Sequence record: MW349129.1
Strand: one strand, 5' to 3'
Length of the DNA stretch: 64,000 nt
The position numbers were made by a program, and so were the translations under genes. Below the pieces are notes generated by a model. That model had not been told where the DNA came from and ran no database searches. It saw only the letters and a program-made list of their open reading frames with translations. Every line of letters starts with the position of its first letter. The first letter of the stretch is position 1. This document shows, piece after piece, positions 1 to 10,458 of this stretch.

Positions 1-134
1 TCATTTGGTAATCTTTTTATTGTTTAACTCACTCTGTTCACATTTTGTTATTTTATACTTCCATTCATTTTAGTATAGGGGATCTAAAATGGATCGGCAT
101 ATTTATATATCTTAGTAGAATATAGTATATTAAT

Positions 135-177
135 GAGAAGTTAATTTCTTAACTTCTCACTTTTATAATATATATTT
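135..177 (-). promoter_or_regulatory. Recurrent phage promoter-like motif (TATATTATAAAAGTGAG) followed by hairpin
   Basis: Minus strand reads AAATATATATTATAAAAGTGAGAAGTTAA-gaaa-TTAACTTCTC; same motif-plus-hairpin layout as at 40290, 42244 and 53130. Confidence 0.5.
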
Positions 178-220
178 AAAAACTATTTACAAAAAAAAAG
201 AAGAATCTTGAGATTCTTCT

Positions 221-730
221 TTATCTATAAAAACCTGGATTATCTTTTTTCAGTTGTGCTATATAAGCATCCACTCCGTAAAAATGACCATCGTCATCTT
301 TTTCATAAGGATTAGAAACAGAAATTGGTATATCCTTTTCTTTAGCTTTGAAAGCTATCATTGAGTTAGCTTCATAAAATAGTTTATAATGTTTCATTCT
401 ATTTATATGTCCCCAACTATAACCATTTCTTTTTAAATAATATTTAGCTTTTTGATAGTCGGACATTACATCTTTATTAAATTGTAATTTATCTAAACCT
501 TCTTCTTTCATAAAATTATCTTTTTTATTTTCTATTTCTTTTTTTCTTTCATTAATTTCACGAAGTTCTTCTTTTATTCTCTCTTCTTCTATTTTTGCTT
601 CTTCAATTCTCTTTCTTTCTCTTTCTTTTGCTTCTTTAATTCTCATTCTTTCTCTTTCTTTTTCTTCTTTAATTCTTTTTTGTTTTGCTATTCTTCTATC
701 ACGTTTAATTTCTTTAATTTTATTTAACAT
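221..730 (-). CDS. Hypothetical protein, K/E/R-rich coiled-coil N-terminus
   Basis: 169-aa ORF with AAAGGATGG RBS-like leader upstream. Confidence 0.75.
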   Translation of the reverse strand: MLNKIKEIKRDRRIAKQKRIKEEKERERMRIKEAKERERKRIEEAKIEEERIKEELREINERKKEIENKKDNFMKEEGLDKLQFNKDVMSDYQKAKYYLKRNGYSWGHINRMKHYKLFYEANSMIAFKAKEKDIPISVSNPYEKDDDGHFYGVDAYIAQLKKDNPGFYR

Positions 731-861
731 ATTAATCCATCCTTTTTTATTTTTTTTTATCTATACATATTTACTTCCATTTGAATTTCTCTTCAATAAC
801 TTCTTTTACTTCTTCTGATATTCCGCTAGAATCCACTTTCTTCTCTTATTTCCTACTCTAC

Positions 862-990
862 TCACTGCTCAAAGTCTGTTTCTCTAATAAGTCTAATAAG
901 TTCTTCTTTTTCTCTTTCTTTTTCTTCTTTAATTCTTTTCTGTTTTGCTTTTTCTATTTCTTTAATAATTTCTTTAATTTTGTTTAACAT
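862..990 (-). pseudogene. Truncated paralog of 221..730 (42 aa)
   Basis: Manual translation MLNKIKEIIKEIEKAKQKRIKEEKEREKEELIRLIRETDFEQ*; matches the N-terminus of 221..730; same leader; stop-broken E/K-rich remnants continue toward ~770. Confidence 0.5.
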
Positions 991-1023
991 TTTAAATCCA
1001 TCCTTTTCTTTTATATTCTTCTT

Positions 1024-1143
1024 TTACTTCGTTTGACACTTCGCTAGCTGTTCCTTCATCCACTTACTTCTCTTTTTTGCTGCTTTCATCATTGCTTTTT
1101 TCATCTTGCGATTGTGTATCATTTCATTTATTATCTCTTTCAT
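1024..1143 (-). CDS. Small basic hypothetical protein (39 aa)
   Basis: Manual translation MKEIINEMIHNRKMKKAMMKAAKKRSKWMKEQLAKCQTK*; same AAAGGATGGATTTAAAATG leader as the neighbour at 990. Confidence 0.5.
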   Translation of the reverse strand: MKEIINEMIHNRKMKKAMMKAAKKRSKWMKEQLAKCQTK

Positions 1144-1170
1144 TTTAAATCCATCCTTTTTATTTAAATT

Positions 1171-1210
1171 AGTTGATTAATAACTATCAACTTCATAATT
1201 ATAATATAAA
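1171..1210 (-). promoter_or_regulatory. Recurrent promoter-like motif plus hairpin driving the left-end minus-strand genes
   Basis: Minus strand TTTATATTATAATTATGAAG then AGTTGAT/ATCAACT stem (1171-1192). Confidence 0.5.
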
Positions 1211-1245
1211 TTTAAAAATTAATTTATTACGGGTAAACATGCTTT

Positions 1246-1257
1246 AACATAGCCTTA
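1246..1257 (+). promoter_or_regulatory. Putative late promoter AACA-N6-TA
   Basis: AACAtagcctTA upstream of the baseplate operon; matches the AR9 non-virion RNAP late promoter consensus. Confidence 0.5.
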
Positions 1258-1288
1258 TTAAAAATAACGATTGGTGGTGTAAAAGAGA

Positions 1289-2257
1289 TTGGCTGAAGAT
1301 AAGAAAACTACGGAAGAAAAGTTTAAAAAAGCATTAAAAGAAGAGGGAGATATAAAAGAAATAAAATCCTTTAATCCATATAGAATAAAAGATAAAAACT
1401 CAGAGATATTTAATAAAGGATTACCTTTTATTTTCATAACAGCTCCTAGAATAAATCTAGTAGATGAAAATATAGGAAGAGAAAGTTTCTTTCTTTATTT
1501 AAAATCAGTTAAACCTGATTTATTAAAAAGCTTAAATTTTAGTAATAATGGAGCCTTAAGCTCAGGTAGACCTTTCATCCCAATCCTTTCAAATAGATTC
1601 ATGGGAATATCTATTCCCGATACACAAACAACAATGAAAGAATTTCATGAAACATTTTACGGTTATAAACAACATTTACCTGTAGGTACAGTTAACTCAG
1701 TTGCTGGTGGAGAAATAGCTGTAGATTTTGAAGAGAATAAAGAAATAGACGTTATACACTTAATTAAAGCATGGAGTGAATATATAGAAGGTGTAACTAG
1801 AGGTTACTTATTCCCTTCAGAAGATGCTAAAAATAAACGTTATATAGATTATACTAGTTCTATATATTATTTCTTATTAGATTTTGATGGTGAAACTGTA
1901 TTGCATTATTCTAAGTATACTGGTTGTTTCCCTATAAATGTACCTTACGATATATTCTCACAAAATATCGGTGATGATCCAGAAGTTCCTCATGTTTCGA
2001 TTAACTTTGCTTATTCATATAAAGAAGATATGAATCCTGATATATTAGTTGACTTTAATTCAGTTTCAACAATGTCTACTAGTATAGCTAATTCATCTGG
2101 AACTGAACCCATTAGAGCTAATATTAATAATGCAACTATGGGTATAAAATTAGATTATGATGAAATGTATCCAGTTAATACAGGTAACCCTTATATAGTT
2201 GCGGGACAAAGAAAAGAAGACAAAGCTAAACCTAAATATAGATTAAGATTTTTATAA
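1289..2257 (+). CDS. Putative tail-tube-fold baseplate/tail initiator protein
   Basis: 322 aa; YTGCFPINVPY..SINFAY segment resembles T4 gp19/gp48/gp54-like fold; directly upstream of the baseplate wedge gene. Confidence 0.5.
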   Translation: MAEDKKTTEEKFKKALKEEGDIKEIKSFNPYRIKDKNSEIFNKGLPFIFITAPRINLVDENIGRESFFLYLKSVKPDLLKSLNFSNNGALSSGRPFIPILSNRFMGISIPDTQTTMKEFHETFYGYKQHLPVGTVNSVAGGEIAVDFEENKEIDVIHLIKAWSEYIEGVTRGYLFPSEDAKNKRYIDYTSSIYYFLLDFDGETVLHYSKYTGCFPINVPYDIFSQNIGDDPEVPHVSINFAYSYKEDMNPDILVDFNSVSTMSTSIANSSGTEPIRANINNATMGIKLDYDEMYPVNTGNPYIVAGQRKEDKAKPKYRLRFL

Positions 2258-2280
2258 AGAAAGAGAGTTGAAAATAGTAA

Positions 2281-5268
2281 ATGACTATAACACAGTATTT
2301 CTCTAATGAACAAGAGAAAATAGATTTCCTTAATAATGCTAAAATAGATACTGAAAGCGTTATTAAGATAGGAAGTACTTCATACGATGTCAAAGATAAA
2401 TGGTTCAATATGGCGACTAAGTTCTTTGAAATTGATACAGAAAATACTCCTATAGATGAAAATGAAGATGAAGATTTAATTTCATTGTTAAAAGCTGGAT
2501 TATTTGGTTATATTAATGAAATTAATTCACATGAAGTTAAAAATGCTATATACCATAGAAATGTATTATACGATGAATTATTCTTAAATACAGCTTCTAT
2601 TCCTATGTCTATATATAATTTTGCTAAATTGTATAATGTACCTATTCAAATGGCTAAACCTGCTAATTTTAAAGTAGATTTTGTTATTAGAAAAGATGAT
2701 GTATTAAAATTACCTTCTAAAGAGATTGTATCTACTCAAGAAATAGATAAAAAGAAATCATTAAAAACTTATGAGATAAAATTATCTAAAGATCAAGATT
2801 TCACAATAGGTAGTTTTAAATACTGTTTACCGTATGATGTATCAATGGTATTAAAACAATATCCAATAACTAGAGATGGAAAAGATGCAATTGATTATAA
2901 AATCACAGCTAAATATAATGTTGATAATAATTTATTCAAATTTTCTTCTATTTTAGATAATAATATTAAAGTGACTAAGAATATAATAAATGGTGTAGAC
3001 TATATGTATTTCTCTTTAGATCTATACCAAATAGAAAGAATTTCTAAAGAATTTAATATAACTAGTAATGATATTGCTGAAAATATTTACTTTAATGTCG
3101 GTTATGAAAATCAATTAGCAGGTTTTAATGTATTTTATGAATACTTAGGTACAAGAACACCTATGGAAACTTATTTCAATAATACTTTTACTCCAGACAC
3201 AGATAATCCTTTCTGTTATTATAATTTTAAAGATGACAATTCGTTAGAAATTTCATTCTCAAACATGGCTAATTCTTTTAGACCTAAAGCTAATAGTAAA
3301 GTCATTGTAGAAACTTTAACAACTAAAGGTGAAAGAGGTAACTTCAGTTATAATGATAATTTAAATGTAGCCTTAGATTCTAATAACACATTTGAAAAAG
3401 TACCAATAACTATTCTTCCTAAAGGTAATTCAGTTGATGGTCAGAATAGACCTGATGTTTACACTGAAAAAAGAAGAATAATCAATAAAGCTATTACTAG
3501 AGATAATATTATTACTGATTTTGATATTAAAAACTATTTTAATGATGTTAATGATAATAACAATATTAATAATTCTTTTATCAACTTCATTAAAAAACGT
3601 AATGACCTTTATACACGTATGTATAATGCTTTCCTATTATTAAGAGATAGTGATAGTAAGGTAATGCCTACAAATACTGCTCCTTATATAGAACTTCCTA
3701 AACAGTATTTTGAAGGAAATACTTCATTAGGTAATGAAGAAGATGGTTATGTAATACCTGAGAACAGTTTATTTAAGTATGACCAAGAAAGTAAAAAATA
3801 CGCTCATGTTGAAAAAGGTTTAGATGATGCTGATGAGAAAGAAAAATTTGAAAAAGATAAAGATTCTTTATATTATGTAAATCCTTATTTAATTAAAGTT
3901 AATAAATATCCTTTCTTATCCACTAACTATTATAAGCTTCATGTAAATGAACTATTTACTACTGAATATAAATATATTAATGAATTAATACCTAACAATA
4001 TTACGACTACTGATTTGTATGTAGAAAAATTAAATGATTTCAAAAATACTTTGGAATCAGATACATTTAAATTTAGTTTAGAAATCGGTATGGATAGTTC
4101 ACTTCAAGAAATGAAAGATTTGTTAAAAGTTAGAGCTGTATTATTATCTCAAGAAACTGGAGAAAGATACGGTTACTTTGAATTAAATCCAGAGGAAAGT
4201 ATTGAATCTGAAAATAATATTATTGATGAGTCAGATTCAACTGTAGATAAATCTTCTTTATATTCAGGAATGATATCTACTAATAGATCTTTCCATAATG
4301 GAAAATTATCTATAACAGATTCACTTTACAATGATAAAGGCATAGTACAGGATAATGTATTTATAGATGAAAAATTTGTAGTTAAAGTAGGATTACTCTA
4401 TAAAGATGACGATATGAGATATTTCAATGATCTTGATATATCTGATGAAATGAATTTCTTTAAAGATGAATTCCCTAGTCATAGAGATGATGAAGTTAGA
4501 GATTACACACTAGCTTGTTCTATGGAAACTTTTGAAGGTGTTTCTATTTATAAAGATATGTCACAAGTAATGAGTAGTACAGTATCTATGACTGATGATA
4601 GCTGTAAGGTAGAATTAGTTCCTTTATTCTCATTAGGATACTTTATGAATAACTATGAAGAAGTCTATAATGTCTTAGAAGGTTATAAAGAAATATTAGA
4701 AGATGCTATCCCTAGATTACAAAATAATACTAGTATAGATATGAAACTTTATAATACTAAAGGTCCTTCTAATAATTATTATCTAGATACTGAATTAGAC
4801 GATGATAATTTAAACAATAAATACATCTCTAGAACGGATATATTATTGGATTTAAATATCACTCTATATGCACCTATTAATGATTTCTTAGATGGAGAAA
4901 TTAAACGTTATATTTCTGATTTTGTAGAAGCATGTAATGAAAAAGGTGTATTACCTATATCTAACTTAATTAGATTATTAGAACAAAACTTTGATATAAT
5001 CAAGTATATAGTATTTAATGGTATTTCTGGTAAATATGCTGAAAAAGTGGACAACCACTATCAAAAACTACTTAATACTAATATAAACTATATGGATCTA
5101 AGTAAACAAGAAATTATTGAATACGTTCCTGAATTTATCAATATTAAGAAAGTACTTAAAGATAACAAGGTTGAAGTGAGAAATGAAGAATCAGAGGATG
5201 GAACAACAGTTATTGATTTAGGTTTATCTTACGATGATGTAGTTAATATAACTTATTCAATTTCATAA
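2281..5268 (+). CDS. Baseplate wedge subunit (T4 gp6-like)
   Basis: 995 aa; NTASIPMSIYNFAKLYNVPIQMAKPA and TTKGERGN..DGQNRPD..AITRDNIITDFD motifs typical of gp6/baseplate-J proteins. Confidence 0.75.
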   Translation: MTITQYFSNEQEKIDFLNNAKIDTESVIKIGSTSYDVKDKWFNMATKFFEIDTENTPIDENEDEDLISLLKAGLFGYINEINSHEVKNAIYHRNVLYDELFLNTASIPMSIYNFAKLYNVPIQMAKPANFKVDFVIRKDDVLKLPSKEIVSTQEIDKKKSLKTYEIKLSKDQDFTIGSFKYCLPYDVSMVLKQYPITRDGKDAIDYKITAKYNVDNNLFKFSSILDNNIKVTKNIINGVDYMYFSLDLYQIERISKEFNITSNDIAENIYFNVGYENQLAGFNVFYEYLGTRTPMETYFNNTFTPDTDNPFCYYNFKDDNSLEISFSNMANSFRPKANSKVIVETLTTKGERGNFSYNDNLNVALDSNNTFEKVPITILPKGNSVDGQNRPDVYTEKRRIINKAITRDNIITDFDIKNYFNDVNDNNNINNSFINFIKKRNDLYTRMYNAFLLLRDSDSKVMPTNTAPYIELPKQYFEGNTSLGNEEDGYVIPENSLFKYDQESKKYAHVEKGLDDADEKEKFEKDKDSLYYVNPYLIKVNKYPFLSTNYYKLHVNELFTTEYKYINELIPNNITTTDLYVEKLNDFKNTLESDTFKFSLEIGMDSSLQEMKDLLKVRAVLLSQETGERYGYFELNPEESIESENNIIDESDSTVDKSSLYSGMISTNRSFHNGKLSITDSLYNDKGIVQDNVFIDEKFVVKVGLLYKDDDMRYFNDLDISDEMNFFKDEFPSHRDDEVRDYTLACSMETFEGVSIYKDMSQVMSSTVSMTDDSCKVELVPLFSLGYFMNNYEEVYNVLEGYKEILEDAIPRLQNNTSIDMKLYNTKGPSNNYYLDTELDDDNLNNKYISRTDILLDLNITLYAPINDFLDGEIKRYISDFVEACNEKGVLPISNLIRLLEQNFDIIKYIVFNGISGKYAEKVDNHYQKLLNTNINYMDLSKQEIIEYVPEFINIKKVLKDNKVEVRNEESEDGTTVIDLGLSYDDVVNITYSIS

Positions 5269-5306
5269 AAATAAAATTATAATATAAAGAAAGAGGTATA
5301 AATATA

Positions 5307-6287
5307 ATGGCTAAAACATTTATTTCTGATTACCGCAAAAAACAAGCTGGTTTAAATAGAAAAGCGGCTAATGCTTTAGAACAGAAAAAATACACAGATC
5401 AAATTAATGAAGAATTAGAAGTTTCAAAAGAGAAAGATTTAATTGCAGGTAGAAATAATAAATTACGTGCAACTAATAAGAAAGCTATTAATAATGCTAA
5501 AAATAAATCAGAAAGAGAATTAAAAGATTTAAATGCACAAACTATTATGACTACTTTATTCTCTGCATTAGTATTTAATACTTTCCCTAACAAAATTGCT
5601 GACAAATCTAAATTACGTGATAAAATTGTCTCTAAAAGTAGAATGTTCTTTAACGAAGCAATTAATGCAGAATTAGCTGACTATCAAGGTAGTGAAGTGT
5701 TCTCTAATGCTAAATTTAATGCAGACGTATACGCTAAAGATGCTCGTGGTGTTATTGATCCTAAAGACTCTATTAACGGAGCTAAAGTAGTATACAAAAA
5801 AGGTAGAACTGAATTCGATTACCTAACAAATGTAGTTGCTAAGAAAATTGAATCAGCTGTAATTCGTGAATCTGAATTAGTTGATGTTCGTGAAAAATTA
5901 AATGAGAGCTTAGTTGACACACACAAAAAGAATAATAAAACTTTATTCCGTACTTTACATGAATCAGCTATTAATAATATTGTAAATGATGAAGCTTATC
6001 TTAATGAAGAAGTTTCAGCTGAAGAAGTTAACATGGATGCTTTAGTAGAAGCTACTTTAGATTATACTATTATGGAATTAATCCATACAGCTAAATTGAG
6101 CACATTCAATATGGGTGAAGTTCAAAAAGCTGTTAAGAATGGTACAATTAAAGTTAATACTAAACAAAATAGTAAAATAAAACCTGAAAATGGATCTAAC
6201 AAACCTTCAGCTGATGGAGTTAAACCTAGAACTATTGAAAATGAAAATAAACCAAAATCAGGATCTGTTAAATTAAACGAAGAATAA
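5307..6287 (+). CDS. Hypothetical protein, probably virion-associated
   Basis: 326-aa ORF with RBS in a structural operon, followed by a terminator. Confidence 0.6.
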   Translation: MAKTFISDYRKKQAGLNRKAANALEQKKYTDQINEELEVSKEKDLIAGRNNKLRATNKKAINNAKNKSERELKDLNAQTIMTTLFSALVFNTFPNKIADKSKLRDKIVSKSRMFFNEAINAELADYQGSEVFSNAKFNADVYAKDARGVIDPKDSINGAKVVYKKGRTEFDYLTNVVAKKIESAVIRESELVDVREKLNESLVDTHKKNNKTLFRTLHESAINNIVNDEAYLNEEVSAEEVNMDALVEATLDYTIMELIHTAKLSTFNMGEVQKAVKNGTIKVNTKQNSKIKPENGSNKPSADGVKPRTIENENKPKSGSVKLNEE

Positions 6288-6305
6288 AAAAAAATAATAT
6301 AAATA

Positions 6306-6335
6306 CCCCTAATACTAAATTAATAGTATTAGGGG
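6306..6335. terminator. Bidirectional intrinsic terminator
   Basis: CCCCTAATACTA-aattaa-TAGTATTAGGGG between convergent genes. Confidence 0.8.
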
Positions 6336-6342
6336 ATTATTT

Positions 6343-8085
6343 TTAAAAGTCTTCAAATATTTGACCTGGTTCAAATGTCTTATCTTCTTGTGAAGGTGAT
6401 TGAGCTAATGCATTTGATTTAAATTGATTAGCTATAGTTGACATTTTATTCTTAGCACGTTCAGAATCCATAGTGTTTTCTAAATTAGAGCCAATTGATT
6501 CTACACCTTTAATTTCAGGTGTTCCTTCATCAACAGCAAGTTTAAATGAATTATCAAATGGTTGAGCAAAGTATTCAATTCTATCTTCACCCATTTTACC
6601 ACGACTAGCAATTAGTTTAAATGATAAATGATCATCTTGAGATTCATCTTTACCATTCTCTCTATTTATAATCATACCATAATCTAAGTTTTCTAATATC
6701 ATTGCTGATTCTGCAATTTGACTTCTATCTAATTGTTTAGCAATATCTGTTTTGTTTTCAGATAAAGCTTTTTCTACATTTCTATATGCTTCTCTGTTTA
6801 ATTGTGCTGCTGTTACTAATGGTATTTCTTTTTCTTTAGCAAACACTGTAAATTCGTTAGTGATTTCACCAAGTCTAATACGTAAATCTTCAATATGATC
6901 TGAAGCTCTAATACGTTTTAAATAGTCTTGTACCATCATAATCATTTGATATCCTTGATCTGCTAAATTCTCATATACTTCATACAAGTAGTCAGTTGTC
7001 ACTTCATTATTTTTCTTATATTCAACAACTAAACTAATTCCTGTTTTCTCATAAGTATATTTAATTAATTCATTTACACATTCTTGAGGTGTTTGATCCG
7101 ACTCACTCATAGAATGTCCAGTGATATATTCATACATACGATCTAATGACTCACTCATAGAGTTTTCCATAGTTAAATAATAAACTACTGGTTTTTTATT
7201 AGGATCTAATGATTGTATGTCATTTGCATTATTAGCCAATGTAACTGACATTAACATATTTAATAAAGTACCTGATTTAAATGACTTTGGAGTACCGAAG
7301 AATGAATAAACACGACCATTCTCGAAACCTCCATTAATCATTTTATTTAGCATTTTATAACCAGTTTTTAATTTATTAGATGGATTACGTAATTTTTCAA
7401 TAGAGTCTGCCATTACTTCTACCGCATTATCTACTTCTAAAAAGTTAATAAAGCTATTTTTAGTACTTCCTGCTCCAGTAGAAGTTCTTTTAATAACTTT
7501 AGTAACATCTGATATTGGTTCTAAAACTTGTTTAAGTAAATCAGTTGGATTTAATCTATCCATAGTAATTTGATCATAAATATATTTAAACACATCTGCT
7601 TTTTGATAAAGTTCTAGTGTAGCAAATCTTTCTTTAATATACGTATTAATTTGATCAATTTCTCTATCTGACAATTGTTCTATTTCATTTTTATAATAAT
7701 TATCAATTGTTTTAAGAGTTTCATATAAATGACTTTCTGACATTTGATTTTTAAATTTATCGATTAAATGTTCAATTAATATTTCTGGTGATTCAATAGA
7801 TTCTTCAATTCTTATCTTAACTAATTCTTTAAGAACTTTAATTGTATCTTTTTGATGTTGCTGCCCTTCATCATATACATACTCTTCATTAATATTCTCT
7901 AAAAATTTATTTAATCTTTTTAAATTGGTTGCATTAATTAATCTATTTTCTGTAATAGTATATTTAACAATTTGCATTAATGTATTATAAGGTATACTTA
8001 TATTAGCGTAATTTATAAGTTGATTATTTTCATTAATGTAAAAACTTTCGTTGTTTTTTCCTTTTGAATTGTCTAAAAATGCCAT
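6343..8085 (-). CDS. dnaB: DnaB-like replicative helicase
   Basis: 580 aa; LKTGYKMLNKMINGGF, Walker A-like GTPKSFKS, Walker B MVQDYL, AAQLNR, AESAMILENLD. Confidence 0.85.
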   Translation of the reverse strand: MAFLDNSKGKNNESFYINENNQLINYANISIPYNTLMQIVKYTITENRLINATNLKRLNKFLENINEEYVYDEGQQHQKDTIKVLKELVKIRIEESIESPEILIEHLIDKFKNQMSESHLYETLKTIDNYYKNEIEQLSDREIDQINTYIKERFATLELYQKADVFKYIYDQITMDRLNPTDLLKQVLEPISDVTKVIKRTSTGAGSTKNSFINFLEVDNAVEVMADSIEKLRNPSNKLKTGYKMLNKMINGGFENGRVYSFFGTPKSFKSGTLLNMLMSVTLANNANDIQSLDPNKKPVVYYLTMENSMSESLDRMYEYITGHSMSESDQTPQECVNELIKYTYEKTGISLVVEYKKNNEVTTDYLYEVYENLADQGYQMIMMVQDYLKRIRASDHIEDLRIRLGEITNEFTVFAKEKEIPLVTAAQLNREAYRNVEKALSENKTDIAKQLDRSQIAESAMILENLDYGMIINRENGKDESQDDHLSFKLIASRGKMGEDRIEYFAQPFDNSFKLAVDEGTPEIKGVESIGSNLENTMDSERAKNKMSTIANQFKSNALAQSPSQEDKTFEPGQIFEDF

Positions 8086-8110
8086 AATATCAATACACTC
8101 TCCGTCACTA

Positions 8111-9262
8111 TTATTTTTCTTTTATTAAGTTGATCAAGTCTTCAAAATCTGGATCAATGATATTCTTAACTTCTTTTAAATCTAATTCTTTATCATGTTT
8201 GATGGAATTAAACTTAACAATTGTTTCAGGTGTATCAAGTTCATCATCTAATATGAACTGATACTTTTCATCTACTTTTACTTCCTTGATATTTTTGTTG
8301 TTAAATTGAACCTTTATATTTTTATCAGAACTTGAAATTTGCTTAATTATATCAACGTCATCCTTAGAACTAGAAACAAATCTTACATAATCATTTTCTT
8401 GACGTAACTCATTGATTATTTCTAGTTTCTTTTGTTCTGTTAACTCCTCATATTGATCCATATTTATAGTAACGTAAGTTGGTGCATCTTCATTTTCAAT
8501 TAATTCTACATTGTATTTATCTGTATCAAGATCATTAGTTACAACTAAAAATCCTTTATCTTCAGTATCTTTAAATGAATATCTTGAATATGAACCAGTA
8601 TAATACACTTTATCTTTATATTCGTGATAATCATGAATATGTCCGTATACAGACACTCCTTTGGTAACTCTCATTAATTCTTTTGATTCTAATATAGGAG
8701 CCGACTTAACAGGATTTTCTGAATCATCTTCATCTGGCACAAATGTGACAAAGTCAATCATTCCATGTCCAAATATATTATCATACGTATTGTCTTCAAC
8801 TGAATATAGTAACTCATTATAAAATTCTTTCTTATCATCTGGATACTCTTCAGGTATATATAGCACATTAACTTCTTTACCATTATGTTTAATTAACTCT
8901 GATTCTAATGAATTAATAATTTTAAAATTATCATACTCTAATTCATTTTGATTAAACACATCAAGTTGATTAAAATCATGTGTTTTAGTTCCTTTAATTA
9001 ATCTAAGTAAGAAATTTTTATCTTTAGATAATTCAAACATCGTATCCATAAATTCTAGAACTTCTTTACCAGAAGATTCATTAAATCTAATAACTCTATC
9101 AAACAAGTCACCTGAAATAACAACCATATCAATATCATCATTATCTTTAATATAATTTAAAAAGTATTTATCTAATTCTTCTGATAATTTCTTAGGATTC
9201 TTTTTACCGTAGTGTATATCAGCTATTACAACTGTCTTAAATTCATTACTCATTTTCATCAT
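8111..9262 (-). CDS. sbcD: SbcD/Mre11-like metallophosphoesterase nuclease
   Basis: DIHYG, GDLFD, GTKTHD, GHGM and GHIH motifs, GSYSRYSF. Confidence 0.88.
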   Translation of the reverse strand: MMKMSNEFKTVVIADIHYGKKNPKKLSEELDKYFLNYIKDNDDIDMVVISGDLFDRVIRFNESSGKEVLEFMDTMFELSKDKNFLLRLIKGTKTHDFNQLDVFNQNELEYDNFKIINSLESELIKHNGKEVNVLYIPEEYPDDKKEFYNELLYSVEDNTYDNIFGHGMIDFVTFVPDEDDSENPVKSAPILESKELMRVTKGVSVYGHIHDYHEYKDKVYYTGSYSRYSFKDTEDKGFLVVTNDLDTDKYNVELIENEDAPTYVTINMDQYEELTEQKKLEIINELRQENDYVRFVSSSKDDVDIIKQISSSDKNIKVQFNNKNIKEVKVDEKYQFILDDELDTPETIVKFNSIKHDKELDLKEVKNIIDPDFEDLINLIKEK

Positions 9263-9629
9263 CCTTTGCTAAAAAGTCTATCATCTTCATAAGTGTTTCT
9301 TTAACATATTCTAAGCTTTTATAAGTTGCTTTATCGTCTTTCATCATTAAGTTATTGAAATATATTTCTGGAGATAAATCGTCTATTAAATGACAACAAT
9401 CAAACCCGATTATTCCATTATCATCATACGTAATTCCACCATGAGAATAATATTCAACATCTTTGTCATAATTATTTCCAACTTCAATATAACCATTTAA
9501 AAATCCTAAATCATGTCTGACTATAAATGCTTTATAACCTTTATATTCAAATTCATATTTATTCTTTCTAACTCCAAGTATTTTATCTTCTTTTTCTATA
9601 ATATGTTTAAGTGTATCAACATCAATCAT
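9246..9629 (-). CDS. Conserved phage hypothetical protein (HGGITY..GFDCCH)
   Basis: 127 aa; motif common in phage proteins of unknown function; overlaps the sbcD start. Confidence 0.7.
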   Translation of the reverse strand: MIDVDTLKHIIEKEDKILGVRKNKYEFEYKGYKAFIVRHDLGFLNGYIEVGNNYDKDVEYYSHGGITYDDNGIIGFDCCHLIDDLSPEIYFNNLMMKDDKATYKSLEYVKETLMKMIDFLAKDDENE

Positions 9630-9634
9630 TTTGT

Positions 9635-10111
9635 TTATTCAACTCCATTATCTTGATTATCTATTTCCATCAATAATTGCATCTTATTATCAAATTCTCC
9701 TGATTCAATATTTTCTTTAATAGTTTCTTTTAATTTATCGTCAATATTCTCTCTATTTGTTTTAATGAATTCAAATACTGCTTTAGCCAATTCATCATCC
9801 ATACTGATTAAATTAGCTTCATTATTTTCATCAAAATCTAAATAAGCAAAAGCTGTAGTTCCAAAACATGGTAATCCTCCAAACATCATAAAATTAATAT
9901 CATCTGTTGTAAATTTATCTTCTACTTTTCCAAAATAAGTAAATGAAACTACTGAATGCATAGGTGCTGGCATTACATCCATTGTTATATTTTCTACCGG
10001 TATATCTAATTCTTCAGACATAACTTCATACATATTTTCTTCTTCAAATTGAATTTTCTTTCTAGTATAATTATCCTCATTAGGTTTAATAAAAACAAAA
10101 TTAATTTCCAT
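9635..10111 (-). CDS. Hypothetical protein
   Basis: ORF track gives 9635..10123; start more likely the second ATG of the leader AGGAGATGAAATGGATAATG. Confidence 0.7.
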   Translation of the reverse strand: MEINFVFIKPNEDNYTRKKIQFEEENMYEVMSEELDIPVENITMDVMPAPMHSVVSFTYFGKVEDKFTTDDINFMMFGGLPCFGTTAFAYLDFDENNEANLISMDDELAKAVFEFIKTNRENIDDKLKETIKENIESGEFDNKMQLLMEIDNQDNGVE

Positions 10112-10139
10112 TATCCATTTCATCTCCTGTGTATTGGTA

Positions 10140-10410
10140 TTTTATTATATTTATATATTAATTCAGATTTCAAAATTTCTTAACCAAAATTTTTTAAAAT
10201 TTACACATAATAATATAATATTAGGGGTTAAGGGTTAAGAATTAAAAATATATAAATATTAATAATTACTTTAATATAATATATATTTAATATATAAATT
10301 CATTTTTAATAAATATATTTATTAAAGATAATATTAATAAAAAATTAATTAATAAATATTAATGAAATTTATAGATATATAAGAAAAATAATGAAAACTA
10401 ATAAAAAGTG
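10140..10410. other. Extremely AT-rich divergent intergenic region (candidate origin or promoter hub)
   Basis: About 270 nt almost devoid of G/C at a strand switch. Confidence 0.35.
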
Positions 10411-10415
10411 ACTAT

Positions 10416-10427
10416 AACAATTAAATA
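10416..10427 (+). promoter_or_regulatory. Putative late promoter AACA-N6-TA
   Basis: AACAattaaaTA upstream of 10459. Confidence 0.45.
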
Positions 10428-10458
10428 TTAAAATAAAAGACAGAAAAGGTGAAAAATA

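Noticed and set aside
781-987. 68-aa plus-strand ORF
   Set aside because: F/S-rich antisense shadow of the K/E-rich minus-strand paralog; no RBS
10221-10239. Telomere-like TTAGGGGTTAAGGG
   Set aside because: Only two imperfect units in an internal intergenic region; not a telomeric tract
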